This document shows, one piece after another, positions 9,891 through 19,253 of a DNA stretch of 64,000 nucleotides. The translations under genes and the position numbers were made by a program. Position 1 is the first letter of the stretch, and each line of letters starts with the position of its first letter. The DNA is taken from assembly GCA_963739305.1 (NCBI GenBank), contig CAVTZU010000032.1, positions 1-64,000 of the forward strand, given 5' to 3'. The notes below the pieces were generated by a model. It was given only the letters and a program-made list of their open reading frames with translations. It made no database searches and was not told the DNA's origin. Source of the stretch: Candidatus Bathyarchaeota archaeon. GTDB lineage: Archaea > Thermoproteota > Bathyarchaeia > Bathyarchaeales > Bathycorpusculaceae.

Positions 9891-10400
9891 TCACCTCCCC
9901 GTGTGCACACGATGAAGAAGTTCGCGTGAAATTCGTGGGAAAACAAGAATGCCGGCACATGTTGCTATAGCGGCACAGGAAGCCATCACGGTTATTTGTG
10001 CAATCAAAGGCACCAACGAAGTTTGCGTAAGGCAATATTGAGCAACAAAATATGTGCTGATCAGGATTGAAGGGAAAGTGACGGCCACTGACCACTTTCT
10101 CGATATTTTGTGCTGCCGTTTCGGCACTGCCAGGTAGATATTTGTACCTATGGTATTCACCAATACTGCAATAAGGTAACCATAACAGTACCAAAGCCGC
10201 GTAGATTCCTCGAGTTCGGGAAGAACAAACCTACTTACTACAAGGAACAGAAGACCAAAGGAGGCTGCTACCTGATAGATGTAAGGAAGCTTCCGCGGAA
10301 ATCGATCTTCGCCGAAGTAGGTCAACAGGCTCAGCGCTAGGAACAGGAAAACGCCTGCAAGAGCAAAGAGTTCTGGTTGTATCTGTGCCGGATATGTCAT
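9891..10400 (-). CDS. Hypothetical membrane protein (about 5 TM)
   Basis: Hydrophobic helices; co-oriented with and adjacent to the secreted pair. Confidence 0.7.
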   Translation of the reverse strand: MTYPAQIQPELFALAGVFLFLALSLLTYFGEDRFPRKLPYIYQVAASFGLLFLVVSRFVLPELEESTRLWYCYGYLIAVLVNTIGTNIYLAVPKRQHKISRKWSVAVTFPSILISTYFVAQYCLTQTSLVPLIAQITVMASCAAIATCAGILVFPRISRELLHRVHTGR

Positions 10401-10598
10401 TTATCATGACCCACGTGCCAGAGTTGAGCTTCGGAATCAGATTCGGATATCTAATGATAAAAGACAGGACGCTTGTTTAAGCTGTATGAATCCCTACTAC
10501 TGAGCAGGTATACGGTTAGTCAGTTAGCGATGGTCAATGCGAGAGCAAAGCTTAATTTAGTGTTTTGTTCTGAGGCAATTAGGTTGGAGGTGGATTTC

Positions 10599-11084
10599 TT
10601 GAATCTTTTTGGGCATAAGACACAACCTAAGGTTCTGTTGACTTATGATGTGATGATGAAGTGCAAGTGCGGAACGTGTCCAGTCCAAGCTAACAGTGCG
10701 TGTGCCAAACCTAAGATAATGGCTAGAGATGAAATGATGAAGAACCCAAGCTCTGAAATAACAAAGATCATGACCCCTGGAATGATGCAGAACCTGGAAA
10801 TGATGAAGAATATGAGCCCTGAAATGATGAGGAACATGTCAAGAGAACAGATGAAGAACATGAGCGATGAAATGATGAAGAACACGCCAAAAGAACAGAT
10901 TTCGGCGATGATGCCTAAAGCGGAAGATATGCCTGGACCCTACTGTGCTAACGGCGTTGCAGTCTGTAAAGACCTTGATTTCAGCAAGATGTGCCTTTGC
11001 AGCGGGTGCCAAGTTTTCAAGGACTTTAATCTCATGAAAGGTAAACCAATGAGCTACTATTGTAAAGACGGCAAAGCTACGTAA
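10599..11084 (+). CDS. DUF2769-like Cys-rich protein with a Met-rich repeat insert
   Basis: CKCGTCP, YCANG, CLCSGC and YYC pattern; GGAGGTG SD before TTG at 10599. Confidence 0.75.
   Translation: MNLFGHKTQPKVLLTYDVMMKCKCGTCPVQANSACAKPKIMARDEMMKNPSSEITKIMTPGMMQNLEMMKNMSPEMMRNMSREQMKNMSDEMMKNTPKEQISAMMPKAEDMPGPYCANGVAVCKDLDFSKMCLCSGCQVFKDFNLMKGKPMSYYCKDGKAT
10731..10900 (+). repeat. Coding 24-bp (8-aa) tandem repeat, EMMKNMSx
   Basis: Units start at 10797, 10821, 10845, 10869 and 10893, with degenerate units from 10731. Confidence 0.85.
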
Positions 11085-11110
11085 TTCTTCTAGCGCGCCC
11101 TTTTCTAAAA

Positions 11111-11165
11111 AGTCTGATTGACGGCTGTTTATTCAAATGCTTGGAGTGGAACATTAGATTTATTG
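11111..11165. repeat. Dispersed intergenic ~55-bp element (other copies at 6740-6793, 8034-8087, partial at 14156-14176)
   Basis: 44/55 identity to 8034-8087 by manual alignment; GAGTGGAACATTAGATTTATT is identical at 11144 and 14156. Confidence 0.75.
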
Positions 11166-11408
11166 TAGGATCGTCAACACGTTAAGGTTCAAACGTGCGC
11201 TACATATTTTTCTCCTAGACATGATTTGTGAGCTTTCCGCAATCGCAAGCTGCTTATGACGAGTTGCGACATTAAAAGAAAGAGCAACTGAATAACAGTG
11301 CCAGCTTCGTTTTCTACTGGTTCTTGAATTAGCGCGCGCGCCAATTTTCGATTTTGCGGAAAAGTTATAGCTGAACCATAAGAAACAGGAAATCGAGCGA
11401 TTGAATCA

Positions 11409-11903
11409 ATGTATGGAGATATAATTGACGATCTTGTAGTGCTTCTTTCGTTGCTGTTCAACACTATTATGATACTTCTATTTGTTTTTCGGGGTCAAAG
11501 ACGCGCACAGTCGGAAGCAAAGTTGGGTCCCGTGTCCAATTTACTATTGGTTCCCTTTTCTATCCTCTGGTTGCTGAATCTGCTGAGTAATAGGGATTTG
11601 GGGCGTTTGATTACTCCCTTTCCAGTAATAATGTTCTTAGCTTATGACCTTTGGTATCGAACAGCAACCAAAAGGAAGCCACAGCATCACCCTGAAAATT
11701 GGCCCCTCGGCCTTTACATTTATCTATTGCTGTACGTAGTTGGCGGCATTATGTTGAACGGCTACGCATTCCTAGTATCTTTGCCCTACGGTTTTATTGT
11801 CCTTTCAAGTTATTACGGCAGCCTATTGGCCTATGGCTATTACCAATACAGCTACAAGAAATTCAAAAAGAGCCAAAATCAACAAGGCATCCATAACCAA
11901 TGA
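11409..11903 (+). CDS. Hypothetical membrane protein
   Basis: About five hydrophobic segments. Confidence 0.7.
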   Translation: MYGDIIDDLVVLLSLLFNTIMILLFVFRGQRRAQSEAKLGPVSNLLLVPFSILWLLNLLSNRDLGRLITPFPVIMFLAYDLWYRTATKRKPQHHPENWPLGLYIYLLLYVVGGIMLNGYAFLVSLPYGFIVLSSYYGSLLAYGYYQYSYKKFKKSQNQQGIHNQ

Positions 11904-11980
11904 ATTTGGGTTAGGGGAAAAACTTAGTTCCAATCCCCAATTAAGGACACAAAACTTAACTCAAGAAACAATCAATACGG

Positions 11981-12703
11981 ATGCACGTGAGCAGCAAGAC
12001 AGAGAAGACATTTACTGAACAATCAAGCCAGAACGGAAAAAACGTTGAAACGAGGCTTTCAAAGAAATGGACCTATGCAGCAGGCTTGGTGATTGTTTTT
12101 GGGATTGAGTTCGTGTTGAGGGATTTCCTTCTGCCAGGAAATGCAAACGATGTCAGCATTGGTTTGGCTCTTGTTGGGGAGTGGTTGACCTTTTCTTTTT
12201 TGGTTTTTCTCTGGATTCCCAAAGTGGAGAAGAAGAACATGGCAAGCATAGGTTTGGGAAAATTCAAACGGAGGCACCTAGTCTGGGGCGTTCTGGTTTA
12301 TCTTCTGGTGCTGGTTGCTTCTTCCTTAAGCGGCTTTGTCTTACAGTTTGTTGGGCTGCCTTCGCTCCGTTCACTTCAGCCTCTGATAAAAGGATACGGG
12401 TTTGCCACTCTCTTTGGTCTCTTCTTGACAGGGACTTTCTTGGAAGAGGTGTTCTACCGAGGATACCTCATTGAGAGAATGACAATATTGACCAAACACA
12501 GGTGGGCTGCTGCCTTTGTGTCTTGGCTTCTGTTCATGCTCGTTCATCTAAAGTTCTTCGGCGTGGGACCCACGATAGATACGAGCATTATATCTGCGGC
12601 GCTAGTCCTGGTGTATCTCAAAGAGAAAAGCATCTGGCCCTGCATCGTAGTGCATGGCATAAATGATTTTCTGGCGTTTCTGATTTTTCCCTTGTTGATA
12701 TGA
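11981..12703 (+). CDS. CPBP/Abi (CAAX protease-like) intramembrane metalloprotease
   Basis: EEVFYRGY, FMLVH and HGINDF motifs. Confidence 0.9.
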   Translation: MHVSSKTEKTFTEQSSQNGKNVETRLSKKWTYAAGLVIVFGIEFVLRDFLLPGNANDVSIGLALVGEWLTFSFLVFLWIPKVEKKNMASIGLGKFKRRHLVWGVLVYLLVLVASSLSGFVLQFVGLPSLRSLQPLIKGYGFATLFGLFLTGTFLEEVFYRGYLIERMTILTKHRWAAAFVSWLLFMLVHLKFFGVGPTIDTSIISAALVLVYLKEKSIWPCIVVHGINDFLAFLIFPLLI

Positions 12704-12835
12704 ACCCTCATGGTTCCCTAGCGCGCGCTATCCGACACATTAGAATGGGGCGTTTCAAAACTAGAACATGCGCGCGCTCGTTTATAAACAAAGAAAATGA
12801 GGGTGATTTGTGCGTTTGTAAGTGTTTTCCAGTTC

Positions 12836-12883
12836 TTACTTCTTTACGGGCTTTTTCTTCTTCCCTTTTGTGGCTTTAGGCAC
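12836..12883 (-). CDS. Putative 15-aa Lys-rich micropeptide MPKATKGKKKKPVKK
   Basis: GTG start, GAGG SD, BRE/TATA-like CGCAAAA-CTTAAATA about 35 nt upstream, T-rich run downstream. Confidence 0.4.
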   Translation of the reverse strand: MPKATKGKKKKPVKK

Positions 12884-13006
12884 TATTCTAGCCTCGAATT
12901 ACGATTGTCACCGTTTTTATTTAAGTTTTGCGCTAAATGCGTGCGCGCGCCTTCTAGCAAAACTCTATATTGCTTTTGCACACATGGAGAAGGAAAAGAG
13001 AGGGAA

Positions 13007-13405
13007 TCATTCAGTAGTTTTGCCATCGAATTCTTCTGGTTTCGCCAATGCGTCAGCTTTTGTCTTGCGCACCGTACGATCTTGGTGCTCTGGCGGCGAA
13101 TATATCGTGTACAGTTTGAGTTCTTTAGTCTTTGAAGTATTCGTCACGTTGTGTTTTGCACCGGCAGGCACTATGACGGCGTCTCCATCACTGACCTTAT
13201 GCTTGATGTCGTCTATCGACACCAATCCCTCGCCTTTCTCGAACCTGAAGAACTGGTCGACTGTCTTATGAACCTCTTCCCCTATTTCCTCACAAGGTTT
13301 AAGGCTCATCAATACGAGCTGGCTGTACTTGCCTGTGTAGAGAACGCGTCGGAAATTGGCATTGCCCAAAGCGTCCTTCTCGATGTTGGACTTGAAACCC
13401 TTCAT
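13007..13405 (-). CDS. Cupin domain protein
   Basis: EIGEEVH, DQFFRFEKG and VPAGAKHNV cupin motifs. Confidence 0.9.
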   Translation of the reverse strand: MKGFKSNIEKDALGNANFRRVLYTGKYSQLVLMSLKPCEEIGEEVHKTVDQFFRFEKGEGLVSIDDIKHKVSDGDAVIVPAGAKHNVTNTSKTKELKLYTIYSPPEHQDRTVRKTKADALAKPEEFDGKTTE

Positions 13406-13571
13406 ATGTAACACTTCGCTTATGATTCGACAGCCTCTTGTTTATAAGTTCACTGCTCAGCTCGCGCTCGAGTTCAAGACGTGTTGAGAATTCTCTGCAA
13501 ACGCGCGCGGACGAGCAACTATAAACTTAAAAGGAAATGCAAACGAACCCAGTTAGCGAAGGTAGAACAGA

Positions 13572-13922
13572 ATGGACTTCGTTGCGTTACTGATTCAGAT
13601 TATCGTAGGGGTCATCATTATCGCGCCAATTCTCTGGCTGGCTGGAAGAGCACTCGTTGGGAAGGAAAAAGCAAAGTTCACGGACGCAATATGGATAGTG
13701 GTTCTTGGAATAGTGATAGGTGCTTTAGTCGGCTTCTTCAATCTTGGCTGGACAATAGCAGCGCTCATCATGTTCGTAGTCTGGCTTGCACTGATCAAAC
13801 ACTTCTTCGACTGCGGATGGTTAAAGGCACTGGCGATAGCTATTATTGCAGTGATAATTTTCATAGTCATAATCGCTGTGCTGGCCATAATTGGCTTCGG
13901 AATACTGAAACTCTGGCTATAA
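13572..13922 (+). CDS. Hypothetical membrane protein (4 TM)
   Basis: Hydrophobic ORF with LIKHFFDCGWLKA; T7 tract downstream. Confidence 0.8.
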   Translation: MDFVALLIQIIVGVIIIAPILWLAGRALVGKEKAKFTDAIWIVVLGIVIGALVGFFNLGWTIAALIMFVVWLALIKHFFDCGWLKALAIAIIAVIIFIVIIAVLAIIGFGILKLWL

Positions 13923-14217
13923 CCTCTGACATCGTAATCTTGCACCCACCCTTTTTTTGCGCGCGCTCTGGCTATTCGGAAAGAGCCCTTGTACAGATAT
14001 GGAAACTTTACAATCCCGGTGTGAAGAGAGAGTAAAGCGCGTGCTTTTTGCTGCAGTTGTGTTTTCATTGTGTACTTGTATGTAAGGATACTACCTAAGC
14101 TGACACTCAAGTAGATCGATCGCTCGCAGAAGAATGCGTGTGCCGCTAGATGCGTGAGTGGAACATTAGATTTATTAGTGATACCGTAAATGCATTACGG
14201 TTAAAGGGGCACGGAAA

Positions 14218-14568
14218 ATGTCTATCGGCTCAAGGATCGAAAGCAAAGGCATGTTGGCAACGTCGATTTTTTACGCAATCGTCGGAATAGTCTTCTTAGG
14301 GTTGTTACCTTTGAGTGGGTTTGCACCGCACATAGGCTTACTCGGCATCGTCAGTCTAGTGACTGCTTACGGTTTGCTCAGGAAACGCGCATGGTCTTTG
14401 TGGCTTGTCGCGATTCTGTTTGTTACAGGCACGACCTTTGCCTTATTCATTATTTATGACGCGTTAGCAACTGCGTTTCTCCTTGGTTTAGGCGTCATCG
14501 CATATCTCATCTTAACTTGGGTCTTCACCGCTTACGCTGCGGTGAGAAGAAGAACTTTTGAAGCCTAG
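14218..14568 (+). CDS. Hypothetical membrane protein (4 TM)
   Basis: Hydrophobic ORF converging on moeA. Confidence 0.75.
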   Translation: MSIGSRIESKGMLATSIFYAIVGIVFLGLLPLSGFAPHIGLLGIVSLVTAYGLLRKRAWSLWLVAILFVTGTTFALFIIYDALATAFLLGLGVIAYLILTWVFTAYAAVRRRTFEA

Positions 14569-15816
14569 AAACAAAACGTTTTGCTTCTAAAAAGATGCAC
14601 AAAGACCCTGTCATCTACGTCTACAAACTGTACATTCTCAGGTATCTCCACAAAACCGTCCGCTCTCGCCAAAAGGGATATTGCGCCAGATTCCCCTCTT
14701 TGTACAGGTTCAGCAAGAATTCCATGTGATTCGTTAGACCGTAGTTTTACCATTACAAATGTTCTTCTTCCCTTGGCCGAGAACATCCTGGCCCCGGCTG
14801 ATGCCTCCACCGTCAAATCATTCTCAGGCTCTCTCTTCGTCATCAACCGAATCGCAGGGCGAACAAGCAGACGGAAAACGAGCAATGCAGAAGTCGGATG
14901 ACCAGGAAGTGAAAACACGGGCTTCCCATCGATGACTGCGAATGTTGTAGGCTTTCCAGGTTTGATCGCTATGCCCGAAAAGATAACGCCGGGAGTTCCC
15001 AGAGACGCCAGCGCTTTGGGCATGAGATCCTTTGGACCCACAGAGACTCCGCCTGACGTTACGATCACGTCAGCCAAGGTCAAAGCTTTTCTCAACGCTT
15101 CCTGCAACTCAGAAAAGTTGTCTTCGACAACTCCTGAATAAATCGGCTCTCCACCGCTTTCAAGAATGGCCGAACTCAAACTGTACGCGTTTATGTCAAA
15201 GACTTTTCCAGGAGATAGCCTCTTGCCCGGCTCTGTCAATTCTGGTCCTGTCGAGAGTACAGCTACTCGTGGAACTCTGCGGACTTCAACGGAACCCATG
15301 CCCAACGCGGCTAGGACTCCGATTTCTCTTGAACCCAGGGTGGTGCCGCATTCGAGTACCGTCTCTCCTTTTTTGATGTCGTTACCCGCCTTCATGACGT
15401 TTTCATGTTTGGACACTGCACTATAGACATGGATTTCCTCTGCTTTTCTTTCCGAATACTCAACCATGACAACGGCGTTTGACCCGTTCGGCATAGGTGC
15501 CCCTGTTACGATCTCAGCAGCTTGATCCTTTCCAACGGTTGTCTTCGGCAATTCTCCGATTCGAACGGTTCCGCAGAGCATTCAGGGTGACAGGTCTGTT
15601 TTCTGCTGCTCCGAAGGTGTCTTCTGCCCTGACAGCGTAACCGTCAACGGTGGACCTGTCGAACGGTGGAACATTCCGGGTCGCAACGACGTCTTCTGCC
15701 AAAACCCTGTTGGTTGCATGGAGAAGTTTGATCTGTTCGTTACCCAGCATCGCGGGCTTGAGCCTATCAAGTATCGCCTTTCGAGCTTGTTCAAGCGACA
15801 GCAATCTTCTAAACAT
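14565..15816 (-). pseudogene. moeA: Molybdopterin molybdenumtransferase MoeA, split by a +1 frameshift near 15581 (possible sequencing error)
   Basis: N-part VPPFDRSTVDGYAV (15514-15816) joins C-part TGAPMP, SGGVSVG, KPGKP, LPGHP (14565-15581). Confidence 0.85.
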
Positions 15817-15820
15817 TTAC

Positions 15821-17056
15821 TCAAGTCACTTCTAGGCTGTCAAACAAGTGAACCGGAACGATTTCTCCTTCCTCAATGCCTTCAACATTTTCTGGAGTAA
15901 CAACATAGCCGTTGGATTCTGTCATTGTCGAAATCAAGCCAGAACCTCGAGCGCTGACAGGCTTTGCCAAGAATTCGCCATTCTGTTGAAGAACCCGTAC
16001 TCGCACGATGTTTTTTCTTCCTAAGGTCACTGTAATTCTCTTGGTCATTCTGGCCTTCAAAACTGGTCTAGATTCCTCTCGCTCAAGCCCCAAGAGCTTG
16101 CTGACCAGCGGTCTACCAAAAACCTCAAAGCTCAACATTGCTGCGGCGGGGTTGCCCGGCAACACCAATATTGGCTTACCATTTACCACCGCCAAAGCCG
16201 TCGGCATCCCAGGTCGCATCGCAACGCCATGAACAATCACGCCTGGTTTTCCAAGGTTGTTGATTGCGTCTGGAACAAGATCGGGAGCTCCTACGCTAGT
16301 ACCGCCCGACGTGATAATTGCATCAGACTCTTCAAGCCCCATCCGAAGTTTTTCTGAAATCTGCTTCACTTCGTCTCTTGCAATCCCAAGGTCGACGGTT
16401 TCTGTCCCAAGCTCGACGCACAATGCAGTTAGCGCAAGCCTGTTGGAGTCAAAGATTTGGTTCTTCTGAAGCTTCATGCCTGATTTTGCCAGCTCATTTC
16501 CAGTCGTCAAAACGCCGATCTTTGGCTTCTCAAAAACTCTGAGCTCTTTCATTCCAAGAGCAGCCAGCAGCCCGAGATGTTGGGGTCTAAGACGCTTTCC
16601 AGCTCTGACTGCAACCGATCCTCTACGTAGATCCTCTCCCTGTTTCGAAACGTTCTCCCATCGCGTCGCTGAACTCCAGACTTCAACCTTGCTTCGTATC
16701 AGTTTGACGTTTTCCAACATCACGACCGCATCTGCGCCCTCCGGCAACGGGTTTCCCGTCCAAATCTGCTTTGCCTGCCTCTTGCTTATCGATTCCCCAT
16801 CCACTATCTCCAAGATTCTGGGTATAGTCTGACTCGCTCCAACAGTCTCTGAGGCTTTAACAGCGTATCCATCAACAGCTGACCTGTTTGTTCTTGGCAG
16901 ATCCGACTGCGCCATTATGTCCTCGGAAAGGACCCGGTTCAAACCTGACTCTAAAGAAATAGCACTTCTCTTTGGCTGAAACTCTATTTCGATCAGAAAT
17001 CTCTTCAATGCTTCATCCACTGGGACAAGTTCCTGAAAACCTTTCAGACGTGCCAA
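15821..17056 (-). CDS. moeA: Molybdopterin molybdenumtransferase MoeA
   Basis: RSAVDGYAV, TGNEL, SGGTSVG, RPGMP and LPGNP. Confidence 0.95.
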   Translation of the reverse strand: MARLKGFQELVPVDEALKRFLIEIEFQPKRSAISLESGLNRVLSEDIMAQSDLPRTNRSAVDGYAVKASETVGASQTIPRILEIVDGESISKRQAKQIWTGNPLPEGADAVVMLENVKLIRSKVEVWSSATRWENVSKQGEDLRRGSVAVRAGKRLRPQHLGLLAALGMKELRVFEKPKIGVLTTGNELAKSGMKLQKNQIFDSNRLALTALCVELGTETVDLGIARDEVKQISEKLRMGLEESDAIITSGGTSVGAPDLVPDAINNLGKPGVIVHGVAMRPGMPTALAVVNGKPILVLPGNPAAAMLSFEVFGRPLVSKLLGLEREESRPVLKARMTKRITVTLGRKNIVRVRVLQQNGEFLAKPVSARGSGLISTMTESNGYVVTPENVEGIEEGEIVPVHLFDSLEVT

Positions 17057-17112
17057 AACATATTCCCATACACAGCACTATTGGACACCGTAAAAAACGT
17101 ATCGCACTCCTC

Positions 17113-17985
17113 CTAATGCGCTCTGCCCTGCTCTTCTCGCAGGATATCATGCATTCTTAAGGCGTCTACGTCTAGAATAGGACTTTCACTGATGATGGTC
17201 GGTTTCAAGTCAAACTCGACTATCACTTTGGCAAGTAACCGGAAATCGGGCCCATAGCGGAGTTCATCCAGCGTGTGATGGCGTCTTTCGCCTTTGTCGG
17301 TGAACTCGATCTTTGTGAAGTGGCAGTGCATCGTCTTGGCAGCCTCAGTGCCTAACCGATTTTCAACATCTTCCACAACCTTGCGAACGTCATCGATCCT
17401 GCGGAGGCGTCCCAGTCCTCTCGCGTGCAAGTGGGACCAATCGATAACCAACTGAGTCCGTCCAACCGTTTCACACAGTTCAATAACTTCATCCAAGGTT
17501 CCTAGCTGGTGCATCCGCCCCATCGTCTCTGGACCAAGTTTGACATTTTTCACTCCGAGACCGTCCAGCTTTTCAACAACGTCACGCATAGCTGCTGAAC
17601 ACATTCTCAGCGCTTCTTCACGCGGCATTCTGCCGTAGACTCCGGGGTGAAAAACAACGACGTGTGCCTTCATCCATTCAGCGGCGGTTGCGCAAGCTAT
17701 CAGACGCTGCTTGCTCGCTTCGACAATCGATTCTTTTCCGCAAAAGTTGATGAAGTAAGAACCGTGCATGCTAAGCCAAACATCATTTCGCTCAGCTTCC
17801 AAACCCAGTTTTCCAGCCTCTTCCTTCCTTATCTGAGGCTTCCTTCCCCAATGGACAGCTTCATACTCGAACGCGTCAAGACCTTCTTCTCTGAGAAGCC
17901 TCGGAACATCCTCCGTTGCAGCCTTCATCAGCCTAAACGCAGGAGGAACCCCAGCGGGGCCAAACCTGGGGCGTTGACTCATCAA
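17113..17985 (-). CDS. nfo: Endonuclease IV (AP endonuclease family 2)
   Basis: HGSYFIN, FHPG, ETMG, DWSHLHAR, HCHF and ESP metal ligands. Confidence 0.88.
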   Translation of the reverse strand: MMSQRPRFGPAGVPPAFRLMKAATEDVPRLLREEGLDAFEYEAVHWGRKPQIRKEEAGKLGLEAERNDVWLSMHGSYFINFCGKESIVEASKQRLIACATAAEWMKAHVVVFHPGVYGRMPREEALRMCSAAMRDVVEKLDGLGVKNVKLGPETMGRMHQLGTLDEVIELCETVGRTQLVIDWSHLHARGLGRLRRIDDVRKVVEDVENRLGTEAAKTMHCHFTKIEFTDKGERRHHTLDELRYGPDFRLLAKVIVEFDLKPTIISESPILDVDALRMHDILREEQGRAH

Positions 17986-18003
17986 AATCCCATAAAACCG
18001 CCG

Positions 18004-18864
18004 CTACTTTTTGTAACGGTAACCTCTGCTTGCACGTTCTCCGTACAACAGAACCATGAGCACTGAAATCCAGGCGGCAGCATTCTGGAAGGCCAAGTAC
18101 TTCCCCGCGTTGTCCAATGAAGCTATAGGGCCTAACAAATCTCCCACGCTTGACGCAAAACTTGCAAACCCTGACGAAGACGCCAATAATCCATTGCTTA
18201 TGGGGCCAGAAAATCCGCCAAAAACTCCGTTCGCCCAATTATCAACCGAAAAAACAAAGTTGGTCAGCCCCGGATTTGTTCGATAAACGAACTGCACACT
18301 GCGATAGATCAGTTGAGGGTACGCAAACAGAGAAAAAATCAGAGTGAAAACGCCGAAGAACAAAAGCACTATGACGGCGCTTTTAATGGTTGGTCGTCCG
18401 ATACGTGTTCTCTCCGAAAATCGGCCAATCCCAGAAAATCTAGACTTGACTCCCTTCGAGAAGTTTCTGCTAGCACGTCTCATCCTCGAAACAATTCCTT
18501 TCTTTTCGGTTTTCTGTCTCGGAAGAGTCTCCACTCTTCCTCTTCGTATTTCCTGCCGTTTTGTCGTCAGTCTCCTCGTCAAGTACACCCAGCAGAAGGC
18601 AAGCGTGATTACGACGGTGATCGGAACAAGCTCAAACAATGGGCTAAACGTCAAGGTTGTCAGTGAACCCGTTCCGGGGAACTGGAAGCTGAACTGCAAA
18701 AGTCCAGTGTCTTGAAGGCCCAGACTCAAAGCGTAAAGGACCACGAGAGCCTCGAACAGCGAGGTCACCAGGAGAAACAGTATCAGAGGAGCAAGTCCTC
18801 TCAGGGCTCTCATGCGAGCTGACTCGGGTTTTTGGTTGGGTCGACTTGACAAACGCTTCACCAT
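18004..18864 (-). CDS. Hypothetical membrane protein
   Basis: Several TM segments with a basic loop; lies in an operon with nfo. Confidence 0.75.
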   Translation of the reverse strand: MVKRLSSRPNQKPESARMRALRGLAPLILFLLVTSLFEALVVLYALSLGLQDTGLLQFSFQFPGTGSLTTLTFSPLFELVPITVVITLAFCWVYLTRRLTTKRQEIRRGRVETLPRQKTEKKGIVSRMRRASRNFSKGVKSRFSGIGRFSERTRIGRPTIKSAVIVLLFFGVFTLIFSLFAYPQLIYRSVQFVYRTNPGLTNFVFSVDNWANGVFGGFSGPISNGLLASSSGFASFASSVGDLLGPIASLDNAGKYLAFQNAAAWISVLMVLLYGERASRGYRYKK

Positions 18865-18942
18865 TATTGCATGGCAATTTTCCCTTGAAATATGAAGCTT
18901 CTCACTAAAAAACGTGACTGTGAAATACGCACAGCCAACCGC

Positions 18943-19137
18943 TTAAGGATTGATGCGATCTCTCTTCGTTTCGTTTGGCGCGAATTCCTCTCCGCATTTA
19001 GGGCATTTTGCCCCCGAGCAATGTACGGCCGATTCGCAGCCAGAACACGCAAAAGCTCTACCGTAAGTTATGTCGAATACGAAGCCGCATTTTGGACAAC
19101 GAACGATACGTTTCCCTCGGCTACTCATATCAACCAT
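18943..19137 (-). CDS. Small Cys-rich zinc-ribbon protein
   Basis: CPKC, CSGC, C and CPKC in 64 aa. Confidence 0.7.
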   Translation of the reverse strand: MVDMSSRGKRIVRCPKCGFVFDITYGRAFACSGCESAVHCSGAKCPKCGEEFAPNETKRDRINP

Positions 19138-19253
19138 TTTTTCACGTCATCCGACCAACAAGATTTTAAAAGCTCTCCTAGATATGTTTAAGCGTTTAAA
19201 GCGGAAATCTTAACTGCCCAGAAAATATAATCGCTCAGAAATCATGAGGTGCG

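Noticed and set aside
10731-10900. CRISPR array
   Set aside because: In-frame 24-bp coding repeats without unique spacers; no cas genes in the window
12797-13271. Plus-strand ORFs of 112 and 149 aa
   Set aside because: Antisense shadows of the cupin gene and the Lys-rich micro-ORF
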